35,654 nucleotides of DNA from Octopus bimaculoides (GCF_001194135.2 NC_068993.1:55380480-55416133), one strand, 5' to 3'. Shown: positions 1 through 11,618, counted from the stretch's first letter. Translations and numbers: made by a program. Notes: generated by a model not told the origin, from the letters alone.

Positions 1-9
1 ATATATATA

Positions 10-66
10 CATCATCATCATCATTTAACGTCCGCATTCCATGCTAGCATGGGCTGGACGATCTGA
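10..66 (-). mobile_element. 3' tail of RTE-tailed SINE (family B) with (GAT)n tail
   Basis: catcatcatcatttaacgtccgcattccatgctagcatgggctggacg is the reverse complement of the tail at 10900-10968 and 22240-22287. Confidence 0.8.
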
Positions 67-69
67 ATG

Positions 70-122
70 GGGATACATACATATATCTATATATACACAT
101 ATATATACATATATACATATAT

Positions 123-181
<59 letters not shown>

Positions 182-200
182 TACACATATGTAAGTGTGT
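70..200. repeat. (TA)n/(CA)n compound microsatellite
   Basis: Direct dinucleotide runs. Confidence 0.9.
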
Positions 201-346
201 GTCTACGTAGTGATTTATTAATCTCAGTGTTGACAAGCTTGTTAGTATTGGTCTTAATAAATTTTGTATTACTCTGCTACACATGAGTATTGAGTTCTTT
301 AATACTCTTACTCAAAAAGAACAGTCATATACTAATATATTTGCAT

Positions 347-383
<37 letters not shown>

Positions 384-610
384 TGTGTGTAATATTATGC
401 TATGTGACCTTATGTCATTTTAGCCATGTTGTGGTTTCTTTACTCTGTGATAGAAGACAGTTAAAGGTTTGCTTATATGAATTTGGAGAAATTAACTGCT
501 AGCATAGACAGCTAAAGTAATTGTTAGTGTGGTGAGGAGGAAAAAGAGGAGAAATACAATGAAAATAAATAGACATATATGTGTGCGTATGTGCGTGCGT
601 GCGTGTGTGC

Positions 611-982
611 NNNNNNNNNNNNNNNNNNNNNNNNNNNNNNNNNNNNNNNNNNNNNNNNNNNNNNNNNNNNNNNNNNNNNNNNNNNNNNNNNNNNNNNNNN
701 NNNNNNNNNNNNNNNNNNNNNNNNNNNNNNNNNNNNNNNNNNNNNNNNNNNNNNNNNNNNNNNNNNNNNNNNNNNNNNNNNNNNNNNNNNNNNNNNNNNN
801 NNNNNNNNNNNNNNNNNNNNNNNNNNNNNNNNNNNNNNNNNNNNNNNNNNNNNNNNNNNNNNNNNNNNNNNNNNNNNNNNNNNNNNNNNNNNNNNNNNNN
901 NNNNNNNNNNNNNNNNNNNNNNNNNNNNNNNNNNNNNNNNNNNNNNNNNNNNNNNNNNNNNNNNNNNNNNNNNNNNNNNNNN
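611..982. other. assembly gap
   Basis: N run flanked by microsatellites. Confidence 1.
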
Positions 983-1031
<49 letters not shown>

Positions 1032-1192
1032 TATATATATATTCATATATATGTATATACATATACATATATATACATATATATTTTTCTATATATTACA
1101 TATATATCTTATACTATATTGTTATATCATACATAGAATATGTATTACACACACACACATATATATATGTATATATACATACAAACATAATT

Positions 1193-1232
<40 letters not shown>

Positions 1233-1310
1233 ATTATATATATATATATGATGCTGATGATACATATATATAATTATAATATGTATAATGATACATATAT
1301 ATATATGTGT

Positions 1311-1391
<81 letters not shown>

Positions 1392-1395
1392 TGGT
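983..1395. repeat. (TA)n/(CA)n/(TATG)n compound microsatellite block
   Basis: Direct simple repeats. Confidence 0.9.
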
Positions 1396-2131
1396 GAGAG
1401 AGAGAAAAAATAAAAAGAGAGAAGGGGGTGAGCTAATGAGATTACATGATGTTCATGCCTTTTTGCAAGGGCATTAATGACGCGTATAAACTGAACTCAC
1501 TGTAAATGTGAATTAAAAGCTGAGCAAGAGTTTGGCTCAGAAACTGTCCATGCAGCAGCACTTGTCACACTCACTATATTGAAGCTCTGCTAACTAAAAT
1601 GATCATAGCAACAGGAAGAAGAAGAAGACAAGAAGAAGGCAAGAAGAAGAAGAAATTCTTGAAGCCGGAAGCATTTAGTCTTATAAAAATATAATGATAA
1701 CTGGAGTTATTATGAAAGAGTATTGTAATCTTTAGAAAAAAAAGAAGAAAAGATTTTTTTAAAAACCCATTGGTAGATAGATATTCTGTTACTGTACATG
1801 AGAAATTGGAAGCTAATAATAACAATAATAAAATAGACAATAAATCTCTGAAACTAGAATACCAATTCTATAGATTAAAAAAAAAAGTGTTTCTAAGACA
1901 ACTCAAACACTTTTTGGTTTCTTTTCATTTTTCTTTAAATTTTGTTTTCAGTTTTTTTTTGTTTTTTTTTTGTTAAATATATATTTATTTATTTTTGGTT
2001 TGTTTCAGTTCCTTCATTTCACCTCCAGAAGTGCAAAGATAGTGAAAGGAATCATTAGAAGGAAGACATTTTTTTTCTTTTTTTTTTGCAAATTTACCTT
2101 CTTTTAAATTCCAAATTTGTATTTTCAGCTT

Positions 2132-2194
2132 TACACACACACACACACACACACACACAGATATATATATGTGTATATGTATGTATGAATGTAT

Positions 2195-2278
<84 letters not shown>

Positions 2279-2387
2279 AGAAAGGATTTCATTCATTTGA
2301 AGCTGATGGTTCATTTAGTTACTACTCCGAGTTTCTCATGTGTTTAAGTAGGGAAGTAATAATGGCGTGAATCATCAGCTCCGAACA

Positions 2388-2424
<37 letters not shown>

Positions 2425-2428
2425 CATG

Positions 2429-2459
<31 letters not shown>

Positions 2460-2468
2460 ATGCATTCA

Positions 2469-2504
<36 letters not shown>

Positions 2505-2582
2505 TATACACATATATATATATATATATATAGATAGATACACATACACACATATATTTATGCATATATATACATACACACA
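2132..2582. repeat. compound microsatellites (CA, TA, GA, CATA) flanking a ~110 bp unique island at 2280-2390
   Basis: Direct simple repeats. Confidence 0.85.
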
Positions 2583-3359
2583 TTCATTTCTTTTATTTTT
2601 TTTTTGCATCAAATGAATTTTGTATTTGTATTGGAATAATTCAAATTGTCATGTTTATGTCTGAAGTCTTTGGTGTTTGACCAAACATCCAAGTTGTTGA
2701 GAACAACTTTGGTATGTTATTATATTATATTATATCATATTATATTATAACATATATTATATTAGAGATGGTGCTATAACTGATGGAAATTACCCAGGAT
2801 GTAGTTATTGCTAATTAAACAACTTTATTATCAATATTAGCTCATACATTCCTTCTTTGTTCATTGGAAAATATTTTAAAGCTTAGCTATTTTAATTCTC
2901 AAATCAATTTTGTTTTTGTTCATATTTTTCAATGCCACCCACCTTAAATCAACAGACAGCAATCTGTGACATCTTCAAGTCATATATTTTAATGCATGAT
3001 TTTTTTCCTGTCAACTAGTCATATATCTTTGTCGTGTGACCATGCTGTCTTAGGGCATGGGAACACTAGGCAGTTGCCTAGGGGGTCCTCATAGGTCTAG
3101 GGGCCCAATTCTGATCTATGTATGTTGTAGCTTGTCAATAAATAAACGATATCGAGCCCAGTGCATTGGTTTGCTTGGATGCCTATAAGGCAGCTAAAAC
3201 AGCCCTGCTTGTGACATTTCAGAGTCATAGACTTCTGTCTGTATCTTCTCATCACACTCCATACACAACTGGTTTAATTTTCCTTTCCTTTGAAAGTGTA
3301 TTTCTATTTTATCAACAGTCTCACAAACTCCTTAGTTTTGTAAGTCCAACAAGATTACT

Positions 3360-3860
3360 CTGACCTCAGCTAATGGCAGTGATCTTCCCTATTTATGGTG
3401 GTTTCAACTATTTAATAACCTTAACAATATCCAGTGTCCCAACTATGGACAGTCACCTTAGTTCCTTTGCAATCTTGAAACTAATTGACCCTAGCTTTTT
3501 ACAGTAACTTATCTACTTACAGCAGCATCACTTATTTAGTTACCTTACTTATTTCCAGTGATTTCATTTACTTAGTAATTTACCTAGTTACAGCGACCTT
3601 ACCAACTTATGACCTCGGCTACTAACACTAACCTCAATTACTGGGATCTCAGCAACATATTGTAACCTTGACTGCTTACAATGACCTCATATACTATCAT
3701 CTACTTTTAGCGACATCAACTACTGACAATGACCTCAGATATTTAAGGACCCAGTTACTAACCAACTGACTGCCCCAACCTATTTACTGTCACCTCACCC
3801 ACTTCATGACCTTCACTACATACAGTGACCTTAGCTGTTTAGTTACCCAGCTAATGACCA
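3360..3860 (+). repeat. degenerate ~20-bp minisatellite, consensus near ACAGTGACCTCAGCTACTT
   Basis: Recurrent tgacctcagc, gtgaccttagc, atgacctcag and cagcgacctt at roughly 20-40 bp spacing. Confidence 0.65.
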
Positions 3861-4241
3861 ACTCTTGTCGCCATACAGAGCTACCCCAAAGCATCATGGT
3901 ACCTGCTTGGAAACATCTCATTTAAGCTCAAAACTAAGACCACACTGTGAAGCACCATATGTTTATCATGGCAAATATACAGGAATTAGTTTCGTATTTA
4001 TGGATTAGTGCAACTAAGTTTTGATGGTTATAATGACAGGGTGTATAATAATCTATACACCAAGGGAGCTGCTGAAAATTAACACCACATGACAGTAGAT
4101 AGGAGTTATTTAGTTGTTGTCCGCCATGGTGAGAAAGTCTATAAATGTTGACTAAATTTGAACTACTGAATCTCTAACATAGGATACATGTTAGCTGTGA
4201 GCTTTAATATACCTAAAAATAAAGCCAGTATATATGTAAGG

Positions 4242-4299
<58 letters not shown>

Positions 4300-4340
4300 T
4301 ATATGTATATATGCATACATACACATATGTTTACATATAA

Positions 4341-4375
<35 letters not shown>

Positions 4376-4428
4376 AGTATAGTAAATGGGGAAATATATT
4401 ATTTAAAGCCAGGAAGCCTATACACAGA

Positions 4429-4464
<36 letters not shown>

Positions 4465-5006
4465 TAAGGTTATATATTATTTAAGGCCAGTAATTATGGA
4501 TATATATTACTTAGGGCAATAAATAAAAATATACATTATTTAAACTTTGCATCACCAAAAGCTAAACAGCTGAAAACCAGCAACTACAGCCTGGTATTTT
4601 GTTGCTTCCAGAAAATAAAGATTTTTGTTTCACTGCAGACAGACATTTGGTGAACAGATTTGGATCAATATACATCAGAATCATCTTAATTCAGTAAAAT
4701 GCAGTAGATGATGTTTATGTCTCAGATTTCAAGAATCGAAGTAGAAAACATCTGCAAAGAATTACTGAATTCTTGCTAATGTAATAAGTACATTATTGAA
4801 AAGTTAATATAAAAAGAGAGAGAGAGAAAAAAAAAAACACAATTAATCCTAATTAATCCTTCATGTAGATTATTGTATTTCTTTATATAATTCTTTGAGA
4901 TGAAGGTCAAATTAGGGTGAAACAGAAGAAAGTTGATGGACAATATATTCTTTTGGAGACATTTATTTTTTCTCCTTCAGTGAAGGTTCTTTGGGTTGGT
5001 CAGCTA

Positions 5007-5070
5007 TGTGTGTGTGGGTGTATACAGTGTGTGTGGGTGTATACAGTGTGTGTGGGTGTATACAGTGTGT
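5007..5070 (+). repeat. 20-bp tandem repeat x3 (tgtgtgtgggtgtatacagt)
   Basis: Three near-perfect direct copies. Confidence 0.85.
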
Positions 5071-5785
5071 ATATGAGCCAAAGAAATATACCGAGATATT
5101 TTTCTCTAATCTAAACACCATGTTATATATAAATATATAAATATTGAAAAAACTAAAAATTTCTAGAAATAATAAAGTGGAAATTGGTTACTATTTCCTT
5201 AGTATTTCTGGCCTCTATTACCTATGTAACATAAATATACCAAATTTTTCCTGTCCTCACTCCTAAATTTAGCCAGGTTTTAGGCAAACAACTAACTTGT
5301 CAATAGATTTTTCACTCTTTGAATTCTGACAAAATTTAATATTTCTTTATTAATTTCAAAACAGAGAATAAACTGATATCATAACTTGCAAAAGACCCCC
5401 CCACCCAAAAAAAAAAACAGAATTATTATTGCTTTTGTTGTTATTAACACTTGTAATGCTGAAGACTGAGTTTTTGGATTTCTTATTTTTGTTTCATACT
5501 ACATCCCGAGCAACATCAGTTAATTGCCCCACCCCTGTCCAGGAAGCAACTGCAATTAGCACTGTTAGGGTTTTAAAAAGATAGAAACACACTAAATATT
5601 TATTACAGGGTGTCAGATCAAATATCATTGTTGATCTGCTTTATATATTTAGAAACTGACCTTGCCACCAGAAATTCTATAAATTAAGCAGACTATTTTT
5701 TGTATACAATGAAACAAAAAAACCACCATGAAAAAAAGAAAACAAAAAGGAAGATATATTAAATGCCTAGATATCTTCTATCCAT

Positions 5786-5807
5786 ATCATCATCATCATC
5801 ATTATTA

Positions 5808-5857
<50 letters not shown>

Positions 5858-5858
5858 G
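5786..5858. repeat. (CAT)n(TAT)n microsatellite
   Basis: Direct trinucleotide runs. Confidence 0.9.
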
Positions 5859-6779
5859 TTGTTGTTATTGCCAACGTAAGAATTTAGAAATTTCAAGAAC
5901 ATGGAATGATTCTTTTTAGGAATGGTGAAACTTGAAGCAAACAAAGCTATATGTAATAGCATGCAAACAAATTGGGTTCAAAACCCTTTGGGTGCAGCCT
6001 TTGACTTTTCCTGTTTAAAGGAATTTTAAACCCAATTTTCTCATAGTATTATTCATAGCTTTATTTGCTTCAAGCTTCACCGTTTCTAAAAAGAACTATT
6101 ATTATTATTATTATTATTATTATCATTATTAACTGCTACTACTGATGATATTATAACTTCTCAAAGTTTTGTAACCTTTTCTGCTAGTATCTCATAAAAT
6201 AAATACTGTTCATTTAAATTATCAAATCTGATAAATTACTGTGTCTGACGTAGTCACATCAAGGTGGAGAACCTAACAGTGGATGACCACAGAGTCTAGC
6301 ACTGGAATACTGCACAAAATAAAGGTTTGTCAGTTCAATCCTGGCCCAAGCAGGCATCTTATAAACGCGGAGAAATATATCCTTCAACACTGAACAGTTC
6401 AAACTGTTTGACATGCAGAAGGATTTAACTGCGATAGATGACAAAACAATGAGGTTGATTGTTTGAAATGCTATATTGTATCAGTAACAAATGAAAATAG
6501 ATCTTGCTGAGAGATAATTTGAAGGTAACTTGGGCATAAGGTTTGTTTAGATGAAGATATTTCATATTTAGGTGGGGTCATAAAGTATACTTATGAACAG
6601 GATACTGTAATGATAAATATAAATAGCGCAATACTGTATCATAGACATAACAATAAAACACCATTGGACAATTTATTAAAGTTACATCTTGCTAAGATAT
6701 CAAAAGAATATTGAACAAGATGTTAATAAAATGAGGATGATAATGATAATGATCTTGGCAACAACAATGATGAAGTTGA

Positions 6780-7210
6780 AATAATATCACTCACAATATT
6801 AATATGGTATCAGACACGATATCACGATATTAAACTAATATCATTCTCGATATTGGTATCACTATCAAATACAACATTAGTATAGTATGGGATATGATAT
6901 GAAACTAATACCAATCAACAGTACTGAACATACAAAACTAATATCAGTCAAGATAATAAAATAGTATTAGATTTATTTTTTTACATCAAAATAGTATTAT
7001 TTAAGATATTAAAGTGATATTGAAAATATTATTAAAACAACATTAGACATGATTTTATTATAGTAATGTGAGATGAAGTTAAAATAACGATCATTACATT
7101 AAAATACTGTTAGACACAATATCAAAATAATATTGGACGTTGTAATAATACAATATTGAGCAGAATCTTGAAATAATATTAGAGATATTTTAATAAAAAA
7201 AAATATCAAT
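6780..7210 (+). repeat. degenerate AT-rich ~23-bp minisatellite, consensus near AAATAATATTAGACACAATATCA
   Basis: Repeated aaaatagtattag, aaatactgttagacacaatatcaaaataatattgg and aaataatattagag. Confidence 0.55.
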
Positions 7211-7463
7211 GAAAACATCAATGCAAGGAATGGGGTACTGTTCTAATGATAGTAGAAGGTGAGAAGGGGGAGAGAGAGAGACTGCTATACTGATAAGATA
7301 GACATTGTCTCTTAAAAGCTGAGAGGCATTGTCCTAGGATTAAAACTGGGGTACTGTATCTTAGTGGACAAGAGTGGGAAAGTATGTTTTATCATCTAGG
7401 CTAATTAATATAATTATGCACACATACAATCATAAATACTCTGCCAAACATCCAATATATATA

Positions 7464-7622
7464 TATATTAATCAAAGTGTATGGTATTATTCAATTGTAT
7501 ATTCATTACAGCCAATCTTACGAATTGATTTCACACTAGGGGGTCAACAGAGTGTTAAGTAACTGTCCAATTATACAACCCTGAACTCATCAGAGGTAGC
7601 TGTTATGGAATGAAACATGGCA
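7464..7622 (-). mobile_element. Penelope-like pLTR fragment (family P1), inverted arm with degenerate hammerhead
   Basis: Reverse complement of 7623-7773; reads ctgatgag...gtgaaatcaattcgta on the minus strand. Confidence 0.7.
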
Positions 7623-7837
7623 TGCCATATTTCATTCCATAACAGCTACCTCTGATGAGTGCAGGGTTACATGATCGGACAGTTACCTAACACTCAGTTG
7701 AACCCCTTGTGCGAAACCAATTGGTAAGATCGGCTATCATCGATATATAATACCAAACAATTTGATTAATATACCCACTCTGTTGATATATATACAACTG
7801 TATATTTCCCTGACTTATGGTCTCTTAGATGGCTTAC
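7623..7837 (+). mobile_element. Penelope-like pLTR (family P1)
   Basis: Homologous to 26402-26612; contains a hammerhead core; ends in a (CATA/CA)n tract. The PLE assignment is inferred from the type I HHR with palindromic stem III. Confidence 0.65.
7641..7735 (+). ncRNA. type I hammerhead ribozyme motif with intact core
   Basis: CTGATGA 7652-7658; G7659-C7712 closes stem II (gtgcagggtt/aaccccttgtgc); GAAA 7713-7716; palindromic stem III ACCAATTGGT 7716-7725; GTA triplet 7724-7726; imperfect stem I (agctacct/agatcggct). Confidence 0.75.
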
Positions 7838-7949
7838 ATACATACACACACACATAAATGGTCATTGTGTAATAGAACGATTTACAACATATGGACGACA
7901 CAGCCTGTCCATCATCTGGGAGTTAAAAGAAAGAAAAGGAATAAGGAGT

Positions 7950-8035
7950 GCATATATGTGTGTGCGTGTGAGTAGAAGCATGTATGTGTATGTTTATGTT
8001 GGTTTCTGTATATGCATGTGTGTATAGGTGAGTGT

Positions 8036-8116
<81 letters not shown>

Positions 8117-8330
8117 CATATATATATGTATGTCCATATGTATGTTATGTATATGTATATATGTATGCATGTATATATAATACAAACATATATATTATAT
8201 ACATATATATGTATATGTCAATGTGCGTGTGTATGTATGTATATATATATATATATTATACATACACATACTCATTCACACACACATATAGACATATACA
8301 TTTACACATATATATGTACATACAATACAT
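7950..8330. repeat. long (TA)n with TG/CA microsatellite block
   Basis: Direct simple repeats. Confidence 0.9.
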
Positions 8331-8490
8331 ATTTTACATTCACCTATTTTTTTCTCTATGTTTTTAGTGTTATTCAAAATTCTTAAAAATTTTTAAGAAA
8401 TAAAAGGAAAGATAATAAAACATTAAACAAAGGAAAGCACAGGCACCTCCCTCCCTCCCTCCCTCCCCCTTCTCTGATCCTGACTCATCC

Positions 8491-9346
8491 NNNNNNNNNN
8501 NNNNNNNNNNNNNNNNNNNNNNNNNNNNNNNNNNNNNNNNNNNNNNNNNNNNNNNNNNNNNNNNNNNNNNNNNNNNNNNNNNNNNNNNNNNNNNNNNNNN
8601 NNNNNNNNNNNNNNNNNNNNNNNNNNNNNNNNNNNNNNNNNNNNNNNNNNNNNNNNNNNNNNNNNNNNNNNNNNNNNNNNNNNNNNNNNNNNNNNNNNNN
8701 NNNNNNNNNNNNNNNNNNNNNNNNNNNNNNNNNNNNNNNNNNNNNNNNNNNNNNNNNNNNNNNNNNNNNNNNNNNNNNNNNNNNNNNNNNNNNNNNNNNN
8801 NNNNNNNNNNNNNNNNNNNNNNNNNNNNNNNNNNNNNNNNNNNNNNNNNNNNNNNNNNNNNNNNNNNNNNNNNNNNNNNNNNNNNNNNNNNNNNNNNNNN
8901 NNNNNNNNNNNNNNNNNNNNNNNNNNNNNNNNNNNNNNNNNNNNNNNNNNNNNNNNNNNNNNNNNNNNNNNNNNNNNNNNNNNNNNNNNNNNNNNNNNNN
9001 NNNNNNNNNNNNNNNNNNNNNNNNNNNNNNNNNNNNNNNNNNNNNNNNNNNNNNNNNNNNNNNNNNNNNNNNNNNNNNNNNNNNNNNNNNNNNNNNNNNN
9101 NNNNNNNNNNNNNNNNNNNNNNNNNNNNNNNNNNNNNNNNNNNNNNNNNNNNNNNNNNNNNNNNNNNNNNNNNNNNNNNNNNNNNNNNNNNNNNNNNNNN
9201 NNNNNNNNNNNNNNNNNNNNNNNNNNNNNNNNNNNNNNNNNNNNNNNNNNNNNNNNNNNNNNNNNNNNNNNNNNNNNNNNNNNNNNNNNNNNNNNNNNNN
9301 NNNNNNNNNNNNNNNNNNNNNNNNNNNNNNNNNNNNNNNNNNNNNN
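8491..9346. other. assembly gap
   Basis: N run. Confidence 1.
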
Positions 9347-9411
9347 ACATAAGATAAGGGACAGAGTGTTGTAATATCTCTTGATGCTCTTTTATGATTA
9401 TAATAAGTTTG

Positions 9412-9548
9412 TTGCGCAAATTTTTTCTCTTCTGTGTTGCACGAATCTCTCGTGCAACTCATGTTATCAGGTGGCTTACTTCTTCTCCCGTTGTTGATTG
9501 GCTCAAATAAGAGCCAATCAGGAGCAAGGCTGTCACGGACCATGTGAC
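9412..9548. promoter_or_regulatory. cluster of palindromic motifs (TTGCGCAA, 9-bp inverted repeat, inverted CCAAT pair, E-box)
   Basis: ttgcgcaa 9412-9419; gttgcacga-N5-tcgtgcaac 9436-9458; tgattggctc-N6-gagccaatca 9495-9520; gtcac-N7-gtgac 9532-9548 overlapping CATGTG. Confidence 0.3.
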
Positions 9549-9654
9549 TAGAGACAGGATACAACACTGTTTACTGATGCTCTTCTCACGACTTTTCTCC
9601 CTGCAAAAAACAAAAGAAATGAAAAGAAAAAAAACAAGAAACAATGGATTAGAA

Positions 9655-9678
9655 AGGTGATGATGATGTTAATGATGT

Positions 9679-9714
<36 letters not shown>

Positions 9715-9972
9715 ACATGATTTTCATGATTTCACATAATTCTACAGTCAGTAAATTCACATAACAACAAAAAGGAAAACTTTAGAATATCAAATACAAA
9801 ATTTATAGTGATGGAAATAATGATGGTGGTGAGGGGAGAGGACTGTATGATTGCAATGATGATGATGATGATGATGATGATGATAAGGAGGAGGAAGAGG
9901 AAGGGGAGAGAAATGTGATGATGAAGAGGAGGAGGTGGACTGTATGATGATGATGATGATGATGATGATGTG
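9655..9972. repeat. (GAT)n/(GAG)n microsatellite clusters
   Basis: Direct trinucleotide runs. Confidence 0.85.
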
Positions 9973-10260
9973 GTTGAGAACCCCACTCTGTCATTATTGA
10001 GCTAGTGAGAAAAGCTTTCTCCACTCATAAATACTATATATTCTTAAAGCAACACACAGTCGCTGATCTCATATAGAGAAAAACAACTTGTTTTAAATCT
10101 CTGAGTGAGGGATATACAGTAACAGTACCGAAGAGTAAAGTTTATATGCCAACAGAACGCGACAGTCCTATAAAGGATGATGTTACTGTTGTTTTAGCCC
10201 AGGAAAACATCTTTTCCAGATGGCTATCAACACACATATTATATTTAACATATTATATTT

Positions 10261-10290
10261 AACAGAGTAATCTGAATGCTAAAGGGTTAA
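10261..10290 (-). mobile_element. terminus of piggyBac-like MITE
   Basis: The minus strand reads TTAA-CCCTTTAGCATTCAGATTACTCTG. A TTAA site followed by a CCC terminus is the piggyBac signature; the second end was not identified. Confidence 0.45.
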
Positions 10291-10292
10291 AC

Positions 10293-10470
10293 AGCTAACC
10301 AATGGTAGAAGTGGTAGAGCATCTCATAAAATATTTGTGATCTTTAATTACAGCTCTTTAAGTTCTGAGTTAAATTCATGATACGGTCAACTTTGTTTTT
10401 TTTTTTTTGTGTTCTTCTTCACTCTATAAAATAAAGTACTGTCAAGTACTGGAGATGATTTGGTACTTCT
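10293..10470 (+). mobile_element. degenerate tRNA-derived SINE (family D)
   Basis: gttctgagttaaattc...ggtcaactttg...aaataaagtac resembles the reverse complement of 34221-34371. Confidence 0.45.
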
Positions 10471-10570
10471 ACAAAGCATCCTAAGTGTGAGTGGAATTAT
10501 ATAATAATATAAAAAACTCAATCAGTTCTCTGTTGACATTTAGATACTCATTAGATTACCAATGCTATAT

Positions 10571-11087
10571 TTTTTTTATTGTTTATCTTTTACTTGTTTC
10601 AGTCATTTGGTAGTGACCATGCTGGAGCACTGCTTCAAAGGGTCTTAGTCAAACACATTGATCCCAGGACTTATTTTTTTTAAATATCTGGTAATTATTT
10701 GATGATTCTCTTTTGCTGAAGTTATGAGGACATAAACAAACCAACACCAGTTGTCAAGTGATACGAGGTGGGGACAAACACACACACATGCATCTATATA
10801 CAATGAGCTTCTACACAGTATCCATTTACCAAATTCACTTAACTCTGCCAAATCAGATTGGAGCCTGGTATAGCCATCTGGTTCACCAGTCCTCAGTCAA
10901 ATCGTCCAACCCATGCTAGCATGGAAAGCAGACGTTAAACGATGATGATGATGATGATGATGATGATGAATGCATTGTTCTGCCTGGGGCCTACAGTAGA
11001 AGACACTTTCCCAAAGTGTCACACAATGGGACTGAACCCAAAGCCACGTGGTTGCAAAGTGAGCTTCTTAACTACACAGCCACGCCT
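10571..11087 (-). mobile_element. SINE family A, interrupted by a family B insert at 10841-10969
   Basis: Tail and body at 10571-10840 and head at 10970-11087 match the 26835-27243 copy in reverse. Confidence 0.85.
10841..10969 (+). mobile_element. 5'-truncated RTE-tailed SINE (family B)
   Basis: Nearly identical to 22178-22287; ends ...acgttaaacgatgatgat. Confidence 0.85.
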
Positions 11088-11109
11088 ATTGAGTATATAT
11101 ATTCTTTGG

Positions 11110-11430
11110 AATATAGAGCTAACAATGTTAATAACACCATTGAATTACAACTAGGACTGCTATTAAGGTTAATAAAGACTGGGGAGAGAGGAAGATGAAG
11201 TCTCTAGATCACTGATTGACTTAGCTACCAAAGAGTCTTAGTAATAGCACTGAACGTTAACCGGTTGTGGTATTGGTTTAGTAAGGAGGAGAGAGGATAC
11301 TATATAGGTTACCGATTGACTAACTGCGTTAGTAACACTACTCAGTGTTAACTGGCAGTGGTATTGGTATGTAAGAGGGAACGGAAGGGAGACGGAGGAG
11401 AAGAAGTTGTATGGATTACTGATTGACTTT
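11110..11430 (+). repeat. degenerate ~100-107-bp tandem repeat, about 3 units
   Basis: The anchor actgattgac recurs at 11211, 11311 and 11418; units share ttagtaa...gttaac...gtggtattggt...gagg. Confidence 0.65.
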
Positions 11431-11618
11431 AGGATAAAACCTCAGCAAATAATCAATAAATAGTTTTTGTCTTCAATATATCTACATTGATTGTTTAACA
11501 AGATTCTTCTGAAAGGATTGGGTGTTGCCAATATTTTTATTGGTCTCTCTCTCTCTCCCTCTTTCTCTTTCAGTCTTGCCCTCATGTTTTGCCTTGTCTC
11601 CACCTACTCCCTGCCAGT

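Noticed and set aside
41-1316. Many ORF-track entries rich in YI/HT/CV/VC dipeptides or X
   Set aside because: They are translations of TA/CA/TG microsatellites and N-runs. The same applies at 7912-9567, 13095-14916, 18404-19680, 22507-23445, 26882-27447, 28116-28571 and 31547-32144.
1597-1692. Lys/Arg/Glu-rich short ORF resembling a nuclear localisation signal
   Set aside because: It derives from a degenerate (GAA)n repeat, closes within about 30 codons in all frames, and has no convincing splice sites.
4620-4800. Good acceptor (tttgtttcactgcag) suggesting an exon
   Set aside because: All three frames hit stops within about 25 codons and no recognisable peptide results.
4950-4985. Minus-strand ctgaaggaga...tctccaaaa resembling a decayed hammerhead
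   Set aside because: The core needs several changes and there is no stem III or UH site.
6280-6352. tRNA-like segment with gttcaatcc
   Set aside because: No cloverleaf or acceptor stem can be formed; at most a very old SINE head.
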